DNA of 64,000 nucleotides from an uncultured Phycisphaeraceae bacterium. Lineage in GTDB: Bacteria > Planctomycetota > Phycisphaerae > WQYP01. Under the pieces are notes generated by a model that was not told where the DNA came from, ran no database searches, and saw only the letters and a list, made by a program, of their open reading frames with translations. The stretch is taken from positions 177,065 through 241,064 of the forward strand of contig CAZSYN010000001.1 in NCBI GenBank assembly GCA_964610975.1, written 5' to 3'. Position numbers and translations under genes: made by a program. Numbering within the stretch: position 1 is the stretch's first letter; each line of letters begins with the position of its first letter. Positions 9,514 through 20,594 of this stretch are shown here, in pieces.

Positions 9514-10581
9514 TCATTTTTGCAGAATCGGCAGGAGCCTGTTGGGCACCTGAAGAATAATGCACGCCATGCTGGTTGCGTAAGCGGTGCCGGCTTCTCC
9601 CTGCCAGCTTCCGTCGCTGACTTGCCTGGCCAGCAATTCTTTGCTGATGGCCGGCCAGTAGGCCTGCCATGCGCCGCCGCCGGCGAGAAACATGGCCTGA
9701 ACGGCGTAATAATTGCCATAATAGTAATGATACTCGCCGGCGCCATTAGCCTTGCCGGGTAAATTATTCATCAGGTATTTTACGCCGCTGGCGATTTCCT
9801 TGCCGTCATAAACGCCGGCATAAAACAGACACGCCACACCCGCCGCCGATCGCGGAAACGCGCTGCCGCGACTGGTGAGCATATAACTGAATCCGCCATC
9901 AGGTTCCTGTGATTTTTTAACGTAATCAATGGCCCGGTCAATGGTCAATTTCGGCACTTTTATGCCGGCATTGCGAGCTGCGCGCAAAGCCATGATTTCG
10001 CAAATCGTTACAGAAATATCGGCATCATTCGGGACTGGCTGATAACGCCAACCACCCTCGCGATTTTGCGTTTGAATCAAAAGACGGATGGCGTTCTGCA
10101 ATTTTTCCTTAACGTCATCGCGCCCGGACTGGCCATAAACTTCCGCGAGAAAAAGCGTGGCGAAACCGTGGCCATACATCGGACTTCCGTAATTTTGCGT
10201 GGCAATAAGACCTGATTCCTGACAACTTTTAAGAACATAATTGAGTGTGCGTTCGCAAGCCTGGCCGTATGGGCCTTCGCCGGGAAGACTGCCATCGGCA
10301 AGCAATGCGATACCGGCAAGCGAGGCTATACCGATATTATCACCGCCGGAAAAACTGCCGTCAGGTTGCTGATTTTTTGACAGCCACTCAAGGCCACGTG
10401 TTACCGCAGAATTGATCTGCGGAGTTAACTCGTTATTCAGCGGCGCTGCGCCAAGCGAGGTAGAGTCGGCGGAAGGCAGCGTCTGCGCGAATGCGGATGT
10501 CGCCATCATGCCAGCGGATATAGCCGATGAGAACAACAGGACGAAAAACATGCGAGAAAATAAAGGACTTGTTGATATCAT
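9514..10581 (-). CDS. Secreted prenyltransferase / squalene-oxidase-repeat (alpha/alpha toroid, terpene-cyclase-like) protein.
   Basis: Signal peptide. Repeated QxxDG(S/G)(F/W) motifs (QQPDGSF, QNREGGWRYQ, QEPDGGFSY). 4-nt overlap with the upstream gene. Confidence 0.75.
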   Translation of the reverse strand: MISTSPLFSRMFFVLLFSSAISAGMMATSAFAQTLPSADSTSLGAAPLNNELTPQINSAVTRGLEWLSKNQQPDGSFSGGDNIGIASLAGIALLADGSLPGEGPYGQACERTLNYVLKSCQESGLIATQNYGSPMYGHGFATLFLAEVYGQSGRDDVKEKLQNAIRLLIQTQNREGGWRYQPVPNDADISVTICEIMALRAARNAGIKVPKLTIDRAIDYVKKSQEPDGGFSYMLTSRGSAFPRSAAGVACLFYAGVYDGKEIASGVKYLMNNLPGKANGAGEYHYYYGNYYAVQAMFLAGGGAWQAYWPAISKELLARQVSDGSWQGEAGTAYATSMACIILQVPNRLLPILQK

Positions 10582-11303
10582 CGTTCCTCCCGCTGAGTAC
10601 GGTTCAGCTCGGAGAGTGCCTGATAGTAACGTTGAACAAGCTCTTTATAGGAAGGCAAGGCCTCTTCTTTGGCGCCGTTGACGATGAGATCGCGTTCGCG
10701 CGGAGGAAGATTGCCCCATTCGCTGCTGCGTTGGCGGATATCCTGTCCGTTACTTTGCGGCGCGGCTACGCCGCCGCCAGGCAACTGAGAATTGTTGGCG
10801 GCCTGATTGCCATGAGCTTGCTGTTGGCCGGCCGAATTCTGACCAGGATTTTGCTGTGTCTTTTGGCCAGGTTGCGACGGTTGTTGCTGTTGACTCTGAT
10901 TATTATTCTGTTGATTGCGTGCCAATTCAATCAGGGCGTCAAGATCAAGCACAATGCGATGCTGAATTTCCTGCGTCACATCGCCGCCATCCTGCTGCTT
11001 AAGGCGATCCGTTGATTGCTTCATGCGGGTCACGATGGCCGTCATATCAGGGCCGGAAGTCGCAGGAGTTTTTTCTTCGCCGGTCAATTTTCGCGTCAAG
11101 TCATCATTATCAACCGTCCGCGCGGCATCCGGCGATGGCGTGCGTATAGGTTTACGCGATTCTTCGTTTTTATTTTTTTCTTCAGTATTCTCAAGAGCCT
11201 GATCAAGCAGTGACCGGCCGCCATCTTCGGCGCGTACATACCTGGTGCCGATCATGCATGCGGCCGCCAAAAGCAGGAGTAAGCCGCGATGATTGATTCT
11301 CAT
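10578..11303 (-). CDS. Q/N-rich low-complexity secreted protein.
   Basis: Signal peptide, then a disordered region with a poly-Q/N stretch. ATGA-type 4-nt overlaps at both ends, which supports it as a genuine operon member. Confidence 0.55.
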   Translation of the reverse strand: MRINHRGLLLLLAAACMIGTRYVRAEDGGRSLLDQALENTEEKNKNEESRKPIRTPSPDAARTVDNDDLTRKLTGEEKTPATSGPDMTAIVTRMKQSTDRLKQQDGGDVTQEIQHRIVLDLDALIELARNQQNNNQSQQQQPSQPGQKTQQNPGQNSAGQQQAHGNQAANNSQLPGGGVAAPQSNGQDIRQRSSEWGNLPPRERDLIVNGAKEEALPSYKELVQRYYQALSELNRTQREER

Positions 11304-14300
11304 TTGAGTTTCTCCATCACTTTCTGGGCCATTGAGCGTACCGTATCCTGCTGTGCGCCGAGATCGTTAATCTGATTGCGGATTTCCGTTTTTTCCGTGG
11401 CCGGCGCGGATTTCAGTTGATCATTCAGCGACTGTGTTTGCTCATTAATCTCATTCTGCAAGGACTTGAGCATTTTAAGCTGGGCAATCGGCGGAACCAA
11501 AGGTTTTTTGCCGCCTTGTCCTCCCTGGCCGCCGCCAGAACTGCCGGCAAATTGCGAAGGCTTTGCCTGTTCCTGCTTAAGCGCCTCAATAATGGCCGCC
11601 AATTTGCGAATTGCGTAATCCTGACGGAAGGTCACTTCTTTACTGCTTTTACCAGCCAGCAGGGATTTTTGAGATGACTGCATGGCCGCAATCAATTGAC
11701 GATTGAGCAGATTAAGAACCTCAATATTTTTAAGATCATCAAGATTACTCAATTCGGTGATTCGGCCGGTGAGTTTGCCTTGCGTTGTTCCCTGCTCGGC
11801 AAGTTTAATCAGATCCGCGCGCGCAAGATCATGATTGGCCAAACGGCGTTTCTCTATGTTCGTTGTTTCGGCGCGTACTGATTCCTGCTCAATTTTAATG
11901 GCTTCGTAACGTTTACGAATTGCCTCAAGATCCTGCTGCTGAAGTTGCTGATCAAGTTCATCTTTCTGCTTGCGAAGCTTGTCAATTGCGCGATCAAGCG
12001 CGGCAATCGCCTCCTTCTGCGGCGCAGAAGCATCCGCAAATATTCCTTTTACCAAAGCAACAGCCGAGGAAGTCATGCTCTCCGCGGCGGCGCGTATATC
12101 TTCTGCCGCCGGCTTTGCGCCTTTTGTGGCATCCGCAATTTTAGCAATCGCAAGAGCGTTACCCTGTAATCGTCCCTGCTGATCGCCAAGAGTTGCGAGA
12201 GCTTTTTTGGCTGCTGATTCGCCGGCCTGATTTGTTTTATCATTGAGCGCTGATTGCTTGTCTCGCAATTGCTGAACCTGATCAAGCAACTCTCCGAGTT
12301 TACGCGATAACTCCTCAAGCTGGCGGCGGCTTTGCTGGTCAAGCTGACGCATCATTTCCTCAAGACCTTTCCGTGCGCGCGCCATATCCGCGGCGGCGCC
12401 CGAAGTCTGATTTTTGTTAACTGCCGCGGCCGCACTTGCCTGATTACCTGATACGTTGCTCTGTTTACCTGAATTGGCCGCATCACGCAGGCTCGCGGCC
12501 GACCCGGGATCCTGCTGCTGAATCTGCTGGGCGGCTTTTTCCATTTTGGCAGTAAGATCTGCCGATAACGCAGCGAGTTTTTGTTGGTCGGCCGCCAGCT
12601 TTTCGGCAGCCTTTATCTCATCGGGGGATAATTGCGCGATTTCTTTACCGACTGTTTTGGCCGCCAGCTCACGCAGTTGCTGCTCAAGTTCTTTTTGCTG
12701 GCGAAGAATTTCCGCTGTCTTGGCGCGCAGAGCCTCAAAATCACCGGCCGCGCCAAGTTGATCAATCAGCTTTTGCAGATCCTCAACCGCTTTGGCCTGC
12801 TGTTGCGAAGCGGAAGTGACAGCTTGCTGGGATGTTTTGGGCTTCTCTGCCGACTCTCGCGCATGATGCAGATCCTGCGCCGCGCGAGGCATGCTTTGGC
12901 TGGCAATCTGGTTGAGTCCTTGCTGTAATATTTTGCCAATACCGGCAAGTTCGGTATTTTGCATGCGATTCATGTTGATATTCTGATTGATTTGTGCGGC
13001 ATTCTGCTCAATTGCGGTTGCGCGCAGGGCATGTGCCGCCTGGCGCGCGGCAAGATCTCCGAGTTGTTGTGCCTGAGCCGGAGTAATAACGCCTGTACGC
13101 GCGATAACGTCGCGCAACGCGGCCGTTTGCTGTGCGGTCAGTTCCTGCTGATCGTGCAGATTACGCAACTGGTCACGAACTTCCTGCATGGCGCGGCGAA
13201 TGGTCTCTTCCGCTTTTTCGCGCGTGACAATCGTTAGCGACAGTGCGGCCGAGGACACATACTGATGGCGTATCACATTACCGATACGCACAAAAGGATC
13301 CGGCAACGATGCTGGCGTATGATCCGTGGCCGGAACACTGTAATTATCACGCACGGTAGCGTGAATCATCAACCGCTCCCCGGCCTTAAGCTGCAATGGC
13401 GCGAGATCCCATGCGTACTGCGCCTTACTGGTAAACAATCCTGTGCCCGCATCACGCTGTTGTGTTGACCACGCAAGCGGAACCGTAATCCGCGGCGGCT
13501 GGCCGGCGCCGGCATTAAAATCATTGGCAAGGAGCTCAACATCCGTAAGTCCCAGATCGTCCGTCGCGCTGATCAGGACATCAATCAGCGCATCAGGCAC
13601 AACTTCAAGAGAGCGCCGCGGCTCAACAAGAAACACGGATGGTTGCGCATCAGGAATGATATCAAGCGCAGCCACCGGTATGACGCGATTTTCAAAACCA
13701 TCTTCGTCGCGCACTTGAACACGAAATCGCAGAGGCTCATTGCGCGTGCCGGTACGCCTGGCGATCAATGATAGCGTTGCTGTTGCCGAATCCTGGCTAT
13801 TTACAGAATACTCAAGCGGTAAAATCGTCGGCTCTTCCGCATGCATCAGCCAGGCAATTGGCGATTGTTTGCCGTTTGCCAGTGCTTTTGAAGAGCGAAT
13901 CTCAAGCGTTACTTTTGATCCCTTAATCACACGAGGCGCCTGCGTTAAAAGATCAACCGTTGACGCTTGATTTCCCGCATAAACAGGCGGTGTGATGTGG
14001 GCCAGCAGCCGCGTGACGGTAGGGCGCGGAGAAAGCCGAATACTGCTCATCTGCTGATCATTGTCGTCGCCGGCCATCACACGCAGACGTAATTTCTGTC
14101 CCTGCGGCTCAATAATTCGTTCATACACTCCGGAATCGGCAGCGTTCTGTTCAGTCATGAGTTCGCGGGTCACTGGCTGTTGATCGGTCGCGTGCTCAAG
14201 CCAAACTCGCATGCCAGCCTGTTGCCCGCGCGTAATGTGCGCACGTACTGTTAATGGTTCGCCAATCGGCCATACTTTGGGCGGTGTTTGCCCCGGCCAT

Positions 14301-14905
14301 TCAAGATTCACAAACGTATGTCGTGGCCAGGGGATATCCGCAAAAGGCTTTACCCATCGCGCCAACGCAACGCCGGCATGCTGAGGGAAAAGTACGCACA
14401 AGAGTAAAATGATCCCCAATAATGCCACAGCAAGTCCGCATGGCTTATGCCAGATTCGGTGATTGAGAACATCACGGATAGGCAGTTGTGTGGCGCGGGA
14501 TTCCGCATCAGTAAGCACCTGATGAGCAAGCGCATTGTGCGATACATTTTCTCGTGATGAGAAATCCACGGCGGATATGATCTCGTCAGCCAGTTCAGGG
14601 TGTGTTTTTTCAATTTGCGCCGCGAGAAAAGCATTGCTGAGCGGAACACTCAGCGGCCGCACAAGAACTTTGCGTATCCAGAAAATCAACGCCAGAACAG
14701 AAATAACCAGCAATAACAGTCGTAATGGTGGATTAAGATTCAATGCGTAATCAACGATGGCCAGCAGAAGTTCACCGCCAAAAATAGCTGCCGCAACAAG
14801 ACTGACTCCCTGAATAATCATCAATTGACGCGCGCGCGCGCGCAGGCCGGCGATACGGCCCAGCAACGCCGGCGATGCGGATTGAGATTGTTCAAGCAAG
14901 CTCAT
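11300..14905 (-). CDS. Large membrane protein: N-terminal multi-TM region plus an about 600-aa coiled-coil (A/Q/K/E/L-rich) region.
   Basis: 1201-aa ORF with TM helices at the N-terminus, a probable beta-rich middle and a long heptad-like coiled-coil C-terminal half. Operon member. Confidence 0.7.
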   Translation of the reverse strand: MSLLEQSQSASPALLGRIAGLRARARQLMIIQGVSLVAAAIFGGELLLAIVDYALNLNPPLRLLLLVISVLALIFWIRKVLVRPLSVPLSNAFLAAQIEKTHPELADEIISAVDFSSRENVSHNALAHQVLTDAESRATQLPIRDVLNHRIWHKPCGLAVALLGIILLLCVLFPQHAGVALARWVKPFADIPWPRHTFVNLEWPGQTPPKVWPIGEPLTVRAHITRGQQAGMRVWLEHATDQQPVTRELMTEQNAADSGVYERIIEPQGQKLRLRVMAGDDNDQQMSSIRLSPRPTVTRLLAHITPPVYAGNQASTVDLLTQAPRVIKGSKVTLEIRSSKALANGKQSPIAWLMHAEEPTILPLEYSVNSQDSATATLSLIARRTGTRNEPLRFRVQVRDEDGFENRVIPVAALDIIPDAQPSVFLVEPRRSLEVVPDALIDVLISATDDLGLTDVELLANDFNAGAGQPPRITVPLAWSTQQRDAGTGLFTSKAQYAWDLAPLQLKAGERLMIHATVRDNYSVPATDHTPASLPDPFVRIGNVIRHQYVSSAALSLTIVTREKAEETIRRAMQEVRDQLRNLHDQQELTAQQTAALRDVIARTGVITPAQAQQLGDLAARQAAHALRATAIEQNAAQINQNINMNRMQNTELAGIGKILQQGLNQIASQSMPRAAQDLHHARESAEKPKTSQQAVTSASQQQAKAVEDLQKLIDQLGAAGDFEALRAKTAEILRQQKELEQQLRELAAKTVGKEIAQLSPDEIKAAEKLAADQQKLAALSADLTAKMEKAAQQIQQQDPGSAASLRDAANSGKQSNVSGNQASAAAAVNKNQTSGAAADMARARKGLEEMMRQLDQQSRRQLEELSRKLGELLDQVQQLRDKQSALNDKTNQAGESAAKKALATLGDQQGRLQGNALAIAKIADATKGAKPAAEDIRAAAESMTSSAVALVKGIFADASAPQKEAIAALDRAIDKLRKQKDELDQQLQQQDLEAIRKRYEAIKIEQESVRAETTNIEKRRLANHDLARADLIKLAEQGTTQGKLTGRITELSNLDDLKNIEVLNLLNRQLIAAMQSSQKSLLAGKSSKEVTFRQDYAIRKLAAIIEALKQEQAKPSQFAGSSGGGQGGQGGKKPLVPPIAQLKMLKSLQNEINEQTQSLNDQLKSAPATEKTEIRNQINDLGAQQDTVRSMAQKVMEKLK

Positions 14906-14956
14906 TAATTCTTCCTGTAAAGAAACGGATGACGAAGTTTCGCCGCATCCTTTATA

Positions 14957-17359
14957 TCATGGCAACGATGCATTTTTACGCACAAACCATTCGGCCGAGA
15001 GCAAAATAAACAAAACAATCAGCGCAAGCGGACTGTGCCAGAGTTCCTCAATCATCGGCACGTAAGTTTGTATGCTACGATTCGGAATCAACGTCGCAAG
15101 TTGATTCGCTTCGTATGGGCGCAGCAGTTTTCCGCCAGTTCCGTTGGCAATATTATTCAGTGTTGAATAATCCGCAGTGATGTCTGTTGTTTCTCTGCGC
15201 GGCGTAATTACAGAATAACGTATCGGCGGCAATTCAAGATTGAGCGCCCCCGGCCGCAGTTTGGCATTGAATGTTCCGGTACGTATTGCTGTAATCATCC
15301 CCTGATAACTAGTATCGCCAGTACGATTAAGCGTGATCATCTCGGCGGGCTTACCCGCATCGTCCTGAACCTCAAGCTGTAGTCGTTGCGGCATGACGGC
15401 CGCCTGCGTGACGTCGCGTATGGTGGCGATGATGCGAATGGGCTGGCCAAGCTCAACCTGCGGACTTTCCGCCACAATTTCAATCGGACGCGCCTGACCA
15501 AATGCTTTATCCGCATACAACAATCGACAAATCTGTAGCCAGAATGTCTGGTAAAGCGGTTCTCCCTTATATCTGCGCCACCGCCATGTATCGGCAATGC
15601 CTAAAAATAGCGTTCGTCCCGCGCCATAATGCCCATCAACAATCAGCGGCAATGGCTGGCCACCCTGAGAGCGCGCGGGATGTACCGCCAAAACTTCAGC
15701 AGAACCTTTAAGCCCCATTGTCGGGCGATACCAGAATAATTCAGGATTTTCCTGCATCTGGCGTTGATTCATTTCCTGATCGTCAAAAAAACGAAAAAGA
15801 TTGCCAGCCATTCCGGACGCAGTAGGTTGCGGACGAAATCCGCTGCCATCAGAATTTGGCAAAACAGGACTAGCCGCATCATCCGGAACGATCGGAAGCA
15901 AGACATCAAGCGGCGTTCCGCGATAACTGTTGGGATTATAGCGCCGGCCCGCAAGAAAGCAGATGCCGCCGGCCCGGTTGCGTACCCATTTGATCAATAG
16001 CTGTTGCTGAGCAGGCGAAAAATAATTCGGATCAACATCGCCTAAAATCAGGATGTCATATTTATTGAGCTCTTCTTCCGTTTCCGGAAAACGCGTAATG
16101 GCGACATCGCCTTCCTGGGCAAAATCTTCATCCGCGCTCAGCAAAAGGACCGAAACATCCACCGTTTTTTCACGGATCAGTTCATTTTTAAGATAGCGGT
16201 ATTCCCATCGCGGCGCGCCCTCAACATAAAGCGCGGTAATTTTGGTATCGACAACATTCAGACTCATGGTAAGCGTGTTATCTTCAAGCGTTAGTTCCTC
16301 ACCGACAGGCGTTGCCGGTTCCGCATGCAGAATCAACTCCATATGATCGACATTGCCTTCTTTACCGGCCGGCTTAAAGGACAATTCAACAGGAGTCGGT
16401 TGGCCATCGGCAGGAGTATTGATCGTTTTTTCCGCCAGCGATTCACCGGTATCCCGCCGTTTGAGCGTGACCTTAACCGGCACTGATCCCGGTAATCCGG
16501 TAGCCTCAAGTGTCGCGCGCACCGCAACCGGATCTTTGCTGAACGCATTTTCCGGCGCATGTATATCCGCAAGCTTGATATTCAGCGGCAAATCCGATTG
16601 ACCAACAGGTATCGCGTATACCTGAACGGATGCCTGCCTTGCCTCATCCACGGCCGAGTCAATACGCGCCGGAATTGTTGATCGCCCGTCAGTGAACATC
16701 ACAACGGCGCTGACCGGTTGCCCGCGTAAACGCATCAACATTTCGCGTACGACGGCCGGAACATCCGTATTTTCTCCGCCAGAGCCCGGCGCATAAGACG
16801 GCAATTTTTGTATCAGCGCCGCCAGTTCTTCTTGGTTATGCGCTACGCCGACAGGCTGAGCATTGATTGCGCCGGTAAACAGCGCGATATCCTGCTGCGG
16901 CGAAAGTTTTTTCAGCCATTCTTCACCCGAGATCCCCTCGGCCAGTTCATAACGTGTCAATTTTTCTTTACGTGCCGCGCTTACGGCAATCTGTTTGAGC
17001 AACATCTGCATTTTGGCATCGCGCGAATACGGATCGCGCAGAGTCATTGACAGCGAATTATCAACCCACACGGCAATGACCGAGCGAGTGAGCGTTTGCC
17101 GATCAAGCACAAGTGACGGCCTGAGGAAAAGAATTAGCAACAGCGCGAGTATCGTCCCGCGTAAAAGCGCTGCGCTGATGCGCCGGCCTCGTGTGGCCGG
17201 TACGTGGTGATAGCTGACGTATCCCAGAATCGCCAGAGCGGCGACGGCCGGTAATGCCCACCAGATGTTCTGCATCTGAAATGCAAAATGCGTCCGCCCG
17301 ACATCCGCCATACGGATGTTCTGTAGGCCGAAAAGAAATTCAATGACTGACGAAAACAA
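14957..17359 (-). CDS. BatB-like membrane protein with a vWA-like domain.
   Basis: N-terminal TM helices followed by a vWA-type MIDAS-like motif (VWVDNSLSM). Sits in the MoxR/DUF58 context. Confidence 0.7.
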   Translation of the reverse strand: MFSSVIEFLFGLQNIRMADVGRTHFAFQMQNIWWALPAVAALAILGYVSYHHVPATRGRRISAALLRGTILALLLILFLRPSLVLDRQTLTRSVIAVWVDNSLSMTLRDPYSRDAKMQMLLKQIAVSAARKEKLTRYELAEGISGEEWLKKLSPQQDIALFTGAINAQPVGVAHNQEELAALIQKLPSYAPGSGGENTDVPAVVREMLMRLRGQPVSAVVMFTDGRSTIPARIDSAVDEARQASVQVYAIPVGQSDLPLNIKLADIHAPENAFSKDPVAVRATLEATGLPGSVPVKVTLKRRDTGESLAEKTINTPADGQPTPVELSFKPAGKEGNVDHMELILHAEPATPVGEELTLEDNTLTMSLNVVDTKITALYVEGAPRWEYRYLKNELIREKTVDVSVLLLSADEDFAQEGDVAITRFPETEEELNKYDILILGDVDPNYFSPAQQQLLIKWVRNRAGGICFLAGRRYNPNSYRGTPLDVLLPIVPDDAASPVLPNSDGSGFRPQPTASGMAGNLFRFFDDQEMNQRQMQENPELFWYRPTMGLKGSAEVLAVHPARSQGGQPLPLIVDGHYGAGRTLFLGIADTWRWRRYKGEPLYQTFWLQICRLLYADKAFGQARPIEIVAESPQVELGQPIRIIATIRDVTQAAVMPQRLQLEVQDDAGKPAEMITLNRTGDTSYQGMITAIRTGTFNAKLRPGALNLELPPIRYSVITPRRETTDITADYSTLNNIANGTGGKLLRPYEANQLATLIPNRSIQTYVPMIEELWHSPLALIVLFILLSAEWFVRKNASLP

Positions 17360-17362
17360 CCA

Positions 17363-19543
17363 TCATCCTTCGTTTGACTGACCGCCCGCTTTCCGATACA
17401 TGCTGAACGCTCGCGCGCAGAAAGTTTCGGCCGCAAACAAAAACAGCGCCGCCAGCAGCAGAGGCCGGCCGATATCCTGCGACTCCTTATGCCCGGCAAC
17501 CTGCTCGGCTAATTGCATATGCACGCTATCCGCGCCAAATTTGGCCGCCAGTTCTTTTTCCGGTAAATGGCGGATATCCGCTTCGTTTTCCGGCGGGTTA
17601 ACCGCAACTTTAATGCCGCCTCCGGCCAATGCGTATACGCCCGCCTTTTTAAGCGGATCGCTGATTAATCTTCCGCGTCCGCCAGAATCAGTCATGAGCG
17701 TAACGCGCAGCGTTGTTCCTTCTGGTCCGCTCCAGAGACCCGGTTGTGCGGCATCGCCGGGCATATTGATACGATCACCCACACTCAGCGTCATGCTTTC
17801 GCCAAGCCATTTGGGAGATAACCCGAAATAAAATAATTCCCACATCAGCGGCACAAAAGAAGGCTTTGCCGGCAATGATGTCCATCGCGTATCGGCCGAT
17901 GTCGCAGAAAGTATCACACGCCCATTGCCGATTCTTCGTGTGATGAGCGCAGGCGTTCCGGTTGTGAATCTTAAAATGGTTTCGCTTTCGGTTTCCGGGT
18001 TCACATTCAATTGCAGATACGTTTGCGTTTCCGCACTGGTCAGGCCGACTAGTTTCCCCGCGCTGCTGGCGGCCGCAAACGGCGCAAGCACCGGATGCGC
18101 ATCATGACTGGCGTCAAAAGAAACGGGTGGCTCTCCTCCGCCGGATTGCCTACGCACAACCGGGCCGATAGTCACCGGCAGCAGGGTGGCAAAGTTTCTG
18201 TTCATGACTTCCGGCAATGAACGCGGCCCGGGGAAAATCACCAGAAGTCCGCCACCGCGGACAAAATCTTCAAGATTTTTGGCTGTCACGGAATCAACAG
18301 AGCCCACATCCGAAAGCACAACGGCCGCCATGCTACTCAATGGCGTATGCGGCAATTCAAGTTCAGAAATAACACGCGGCGAAAACACAACAGCGCTTTG
18401 CTGTTCCGGCGCCAGGGCCAGTTGAAGAAATGTTGTTGATCCCAGTTGCTGATTGTCGCCCGGCGATCCGTCAACCAAAAGCACAGGCGTTTCCCGGCGG
18501 CACTCAACAACAAGCCGCCGCACATCATCAACCGGCAGTAAATCAGCCGGAATACGCGCCTCAATCGTATGTTGGCCCGCGGACGGAATCGTCACGGATA
18601 GCAGCAGCGCTCGTGTTGCGCCCGCGTCAATGCGCGCAATACGCTCGGAACTCACTGGCGTTCCGTTAAGCGTTACCGTCACTGGCACATCAAGTACCGG
18701 CCGGGGCGAGCCGTTGGTCACGCGCACTTCAAGTTCCGCCGGTATTCCCGCCGTAATCAGAGGCCGGCGCAATGACAGACCCGTAACGCCAAGATTGCCT
18801 TGCTCCGCTTGTCCCATATCGACCAGGCGCAACTTGGCCGCAGGCGTTATGGCGGCTAGCGTTTTTTTGATTAATTCAGAATCTGCCGAGCGATTGCCGG
18901 TTTGCGCAGCGCCATCCGTGATCAAAATAATACTGCGTGCGCCGGTATGAACATTTTTGAGTACGCCGGACGCGCGTTCAAATGCGGCCGGTAAATCAGT
19001 TCCGTCGTCGGTAGGGGCCGCATCCTGTATCGCCCGGCGCACACTGCTGTGATCAAGCGTGGCCTGCGTTACTTCTCCTTCAGGATGCGTTGCTCCCTTG
19101 ATAATCGCTAATCGCACGCTGGCCGGCTGTGCGTTCACAAATTCGCTAAGAGCCTGTCGCGATTGTTCAAAATGCGATGCGCCATGCTCCGGCGCATAAT
19201 TCATAGAATACGAATCATCCCAGATGATCACGACCGTTTGTTCACCTGCGCCGACCCATGACGAAAGCGTTTTGCCCTGAAGTGTCAACTGCGCGATGGC
19301 CGCCGCAAGTACGATCAGCGCTGCGCAACGCAAGAACAAAAGCAGCCAGCGCTGAAATTTGAGTCGTTTGGCATTGCGCCGGTGTGCCGCCAGCAAAAAC
19401 ACCATCGCCGCCCACGTCACAATTCTGAATTTTCGGCGGTTGAGCAGATGAATAATAATCGGCACGGCAATACCTGCCGCCCCGGCCGCAAATAGCCAGG
19501 GCGTCATAAATCCCATCGCAAGTATGTTCGCCGTCACTAACAT
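17363..19543 (-). CDS. BatA-like protein: aerotolerance-regulator N-terminal (BatA_N) domain plus a vWA domain.
   Basis: N-terminus ...PWLFAAGAAGIAVPIIIHLLNRRKF matches the BatA_N signature. vWA MIDAS motif VVIIWDDSYSM. Confidence 0.75.
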   Translation of the reverse strand: MLVTANILAMGFMTPWLFAAGAAGIAVPIIIHLLNRRKFRIVTWAAMVFLLAAHRRNAKRLKFQRWLLLFLRCAALIVLAAAIAQLTLQGKTLSSWVGAGEQTVVIIWDDSYSMNYAPEHGASHFEQSRQALSEFVNAQPASVRLAIIKGATHPEGEVTQATLDHSSVRRAIQDAAPTDDGTDLPAAFERASGVLKNVHTGARSIILITDGAAQTGNRSADSELIKKTLAAITPAAKLRLVDMGQAEQGNLGVTGLSLRRPLITAGIPAELEVRVTNGSPRPVLDVPVTVTLNGTPVSSERIARIDAGATRALLLSVTIPSAGQHTIEARIPADLLPVDDVRRLVVECRRETPVLLVDGSPGDNQQLGSTTFLQLALAPEQQSAVVFSPRVISELELPHTPLSSMAAVVLSDVGSVDSVTAKNLEDFVRGGGLLVIFPGPRSLPEVMNRNFATLLPVTIGPVVRRQSGGGEPPVSFDASHDAHPVLAPFAAASSAGKLVGLTSAETQTYLQLNVNPETESETILRFTTGTPALITRRIGNGRVILSATSADTRWTSLPAKPSFVPLMWELFYFGLSPKWLGESMTLSVGDRINMPGDAAQPGLWSGPEGTTLRVTLMTDSGGRGRLISDPLKKAGVYALAGGGIKVAVNPPENEADIRHLPEKELAAKFGADSVHMQLAEQVAGHKESQDIGRPLLLAALFLFAAETFCARAFSMYRKAGGQSNEG

Positions 19544-19571
19544 GAATGAACTACATTCCTCATTTTTTTTG

Positions 19572-20594
19572 CTACATTCTCATTGCGCGCGTTGCCAAAA
19601 ATCCCGGCAGTGTCACATCAAGCGGCAAACTTGTGTCAACCTGAACAAAATCAACATGCAGTTTATGACACGCGTCACGAATGATATCCGCGTGCGCATT
19701 GAGTTCCTCAAGATACGCTTCGCGCAGCGCCTGCGGCTCGGTCAGCAGTTCTCCGGTTCCTTCAAGTCCGCGGAACTGCGTAATTTGATCAAAATCAAAA
19801 GCAAGTTCGTCATGATCAAGAATCTGCATCACCACCAGGTCATGCCGGCGATATTTCAGATGCTGTATTCCCTTGACGATGTTTTCTGCGGAATCAAAAA
19901 GATCCGAGATCAGCACGATCAGGCTGCGATGGCGCACCTGTTCGGCCAATTCGCTTAAGATATGCCCCGTTTGCGTTTTGGTGTTGCGCGGAACTGTCAC
20001 CAGATCATCAATGATCGCGCGCCACTGACTCGGGTTATTATTCGGCCGGATATAGTGGCGCAATTTTTCATCAAAAACCGCCAAGCCCACCGCATCCTGC
20101 TGATGCAGTGCCACATATGCCAGCGATGCTGCAATGCTTGTGGCATGATCAAATTTTGACCACCCGTTTTCGGCCAGTGTTCCGCGCCTGGCGCTCAGCG
20201 CTCCCGCGTAATTCATGGATTCGCTGGCATCAACGGCCAGAATCAAATGCAGATTCGTTTCTTCTTCATACTGCTTGACGTAATGGCGGTCCGTTCGGCC
20301 AAAAACTTTCCAGTCAATATATTTAATATCATCGCCCGGCGCATATTGGCGATGCTGCGCAAACTCCACCGAAAATCCTTTATATGGCGAGCGATGCATA
20401 CCCGTAATAAACCCCTCAACAATCAGCCGCGCACGAATATCAAGCGCGGCGATTTTCGCAAGGGTTTTCGGATCAAGATAATCTTTGGGATCAGGCATAT
20501 ATTGACACCCAACGAAGAGCGAAGTACGAATATCGAAGACCGAAGCGTACTTCTGACTTCGGTCTTCGCTCTTCGCTTTCTCACTTTTTCGCAA
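19572..20594 (-). CDS. DUF58 (vWA-like) protein, the usual MoxR partner.
   Basis: DUF58 hallmark region ([18 protein letters not shown]). Overlaps the moxR stop by 14 nt. Confidence 0.8.
   Translation of the reverse strand: MRKSEKAKSEDRSQKYASVFDIRTSLFVGCQYMPDPKDYLDPKTLAKIAALDIRARLIVEGFITGMHRSPYKGFSVEFAQHRQYAPGDDIKYIDWKVFGRTDRHYVKQYEEETNLHLILAVDASESMNYAGALSARRGTLAENGWSKFDHATSIAASLAYVALHQQDAVGLAVFDEKLRHYIRPNNNPSQWRAIIDDLVTVPRNTKTQTGHILSELAEQVRHRSLIVLISDLFDSAENIVKGIQHLKYRRHDLVVMQILDHDELAFDFDQITQFRGLEGTGELLTEPQALREAYLEELNAHADIIRDACHKLHVDFVQVDTSLPLDVTLPGFLATRAMRM

Noticed and set aside
10578-11303. The Q/N-rich ORF, considered as a spurious low-complexity ORF.
   Set aside because: Not rejected as a gene: the ATGA overlaps with both neighbours and the N-terminal signal peptide argue that it is real. 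It is kept as a CDS and discussed in the findings.
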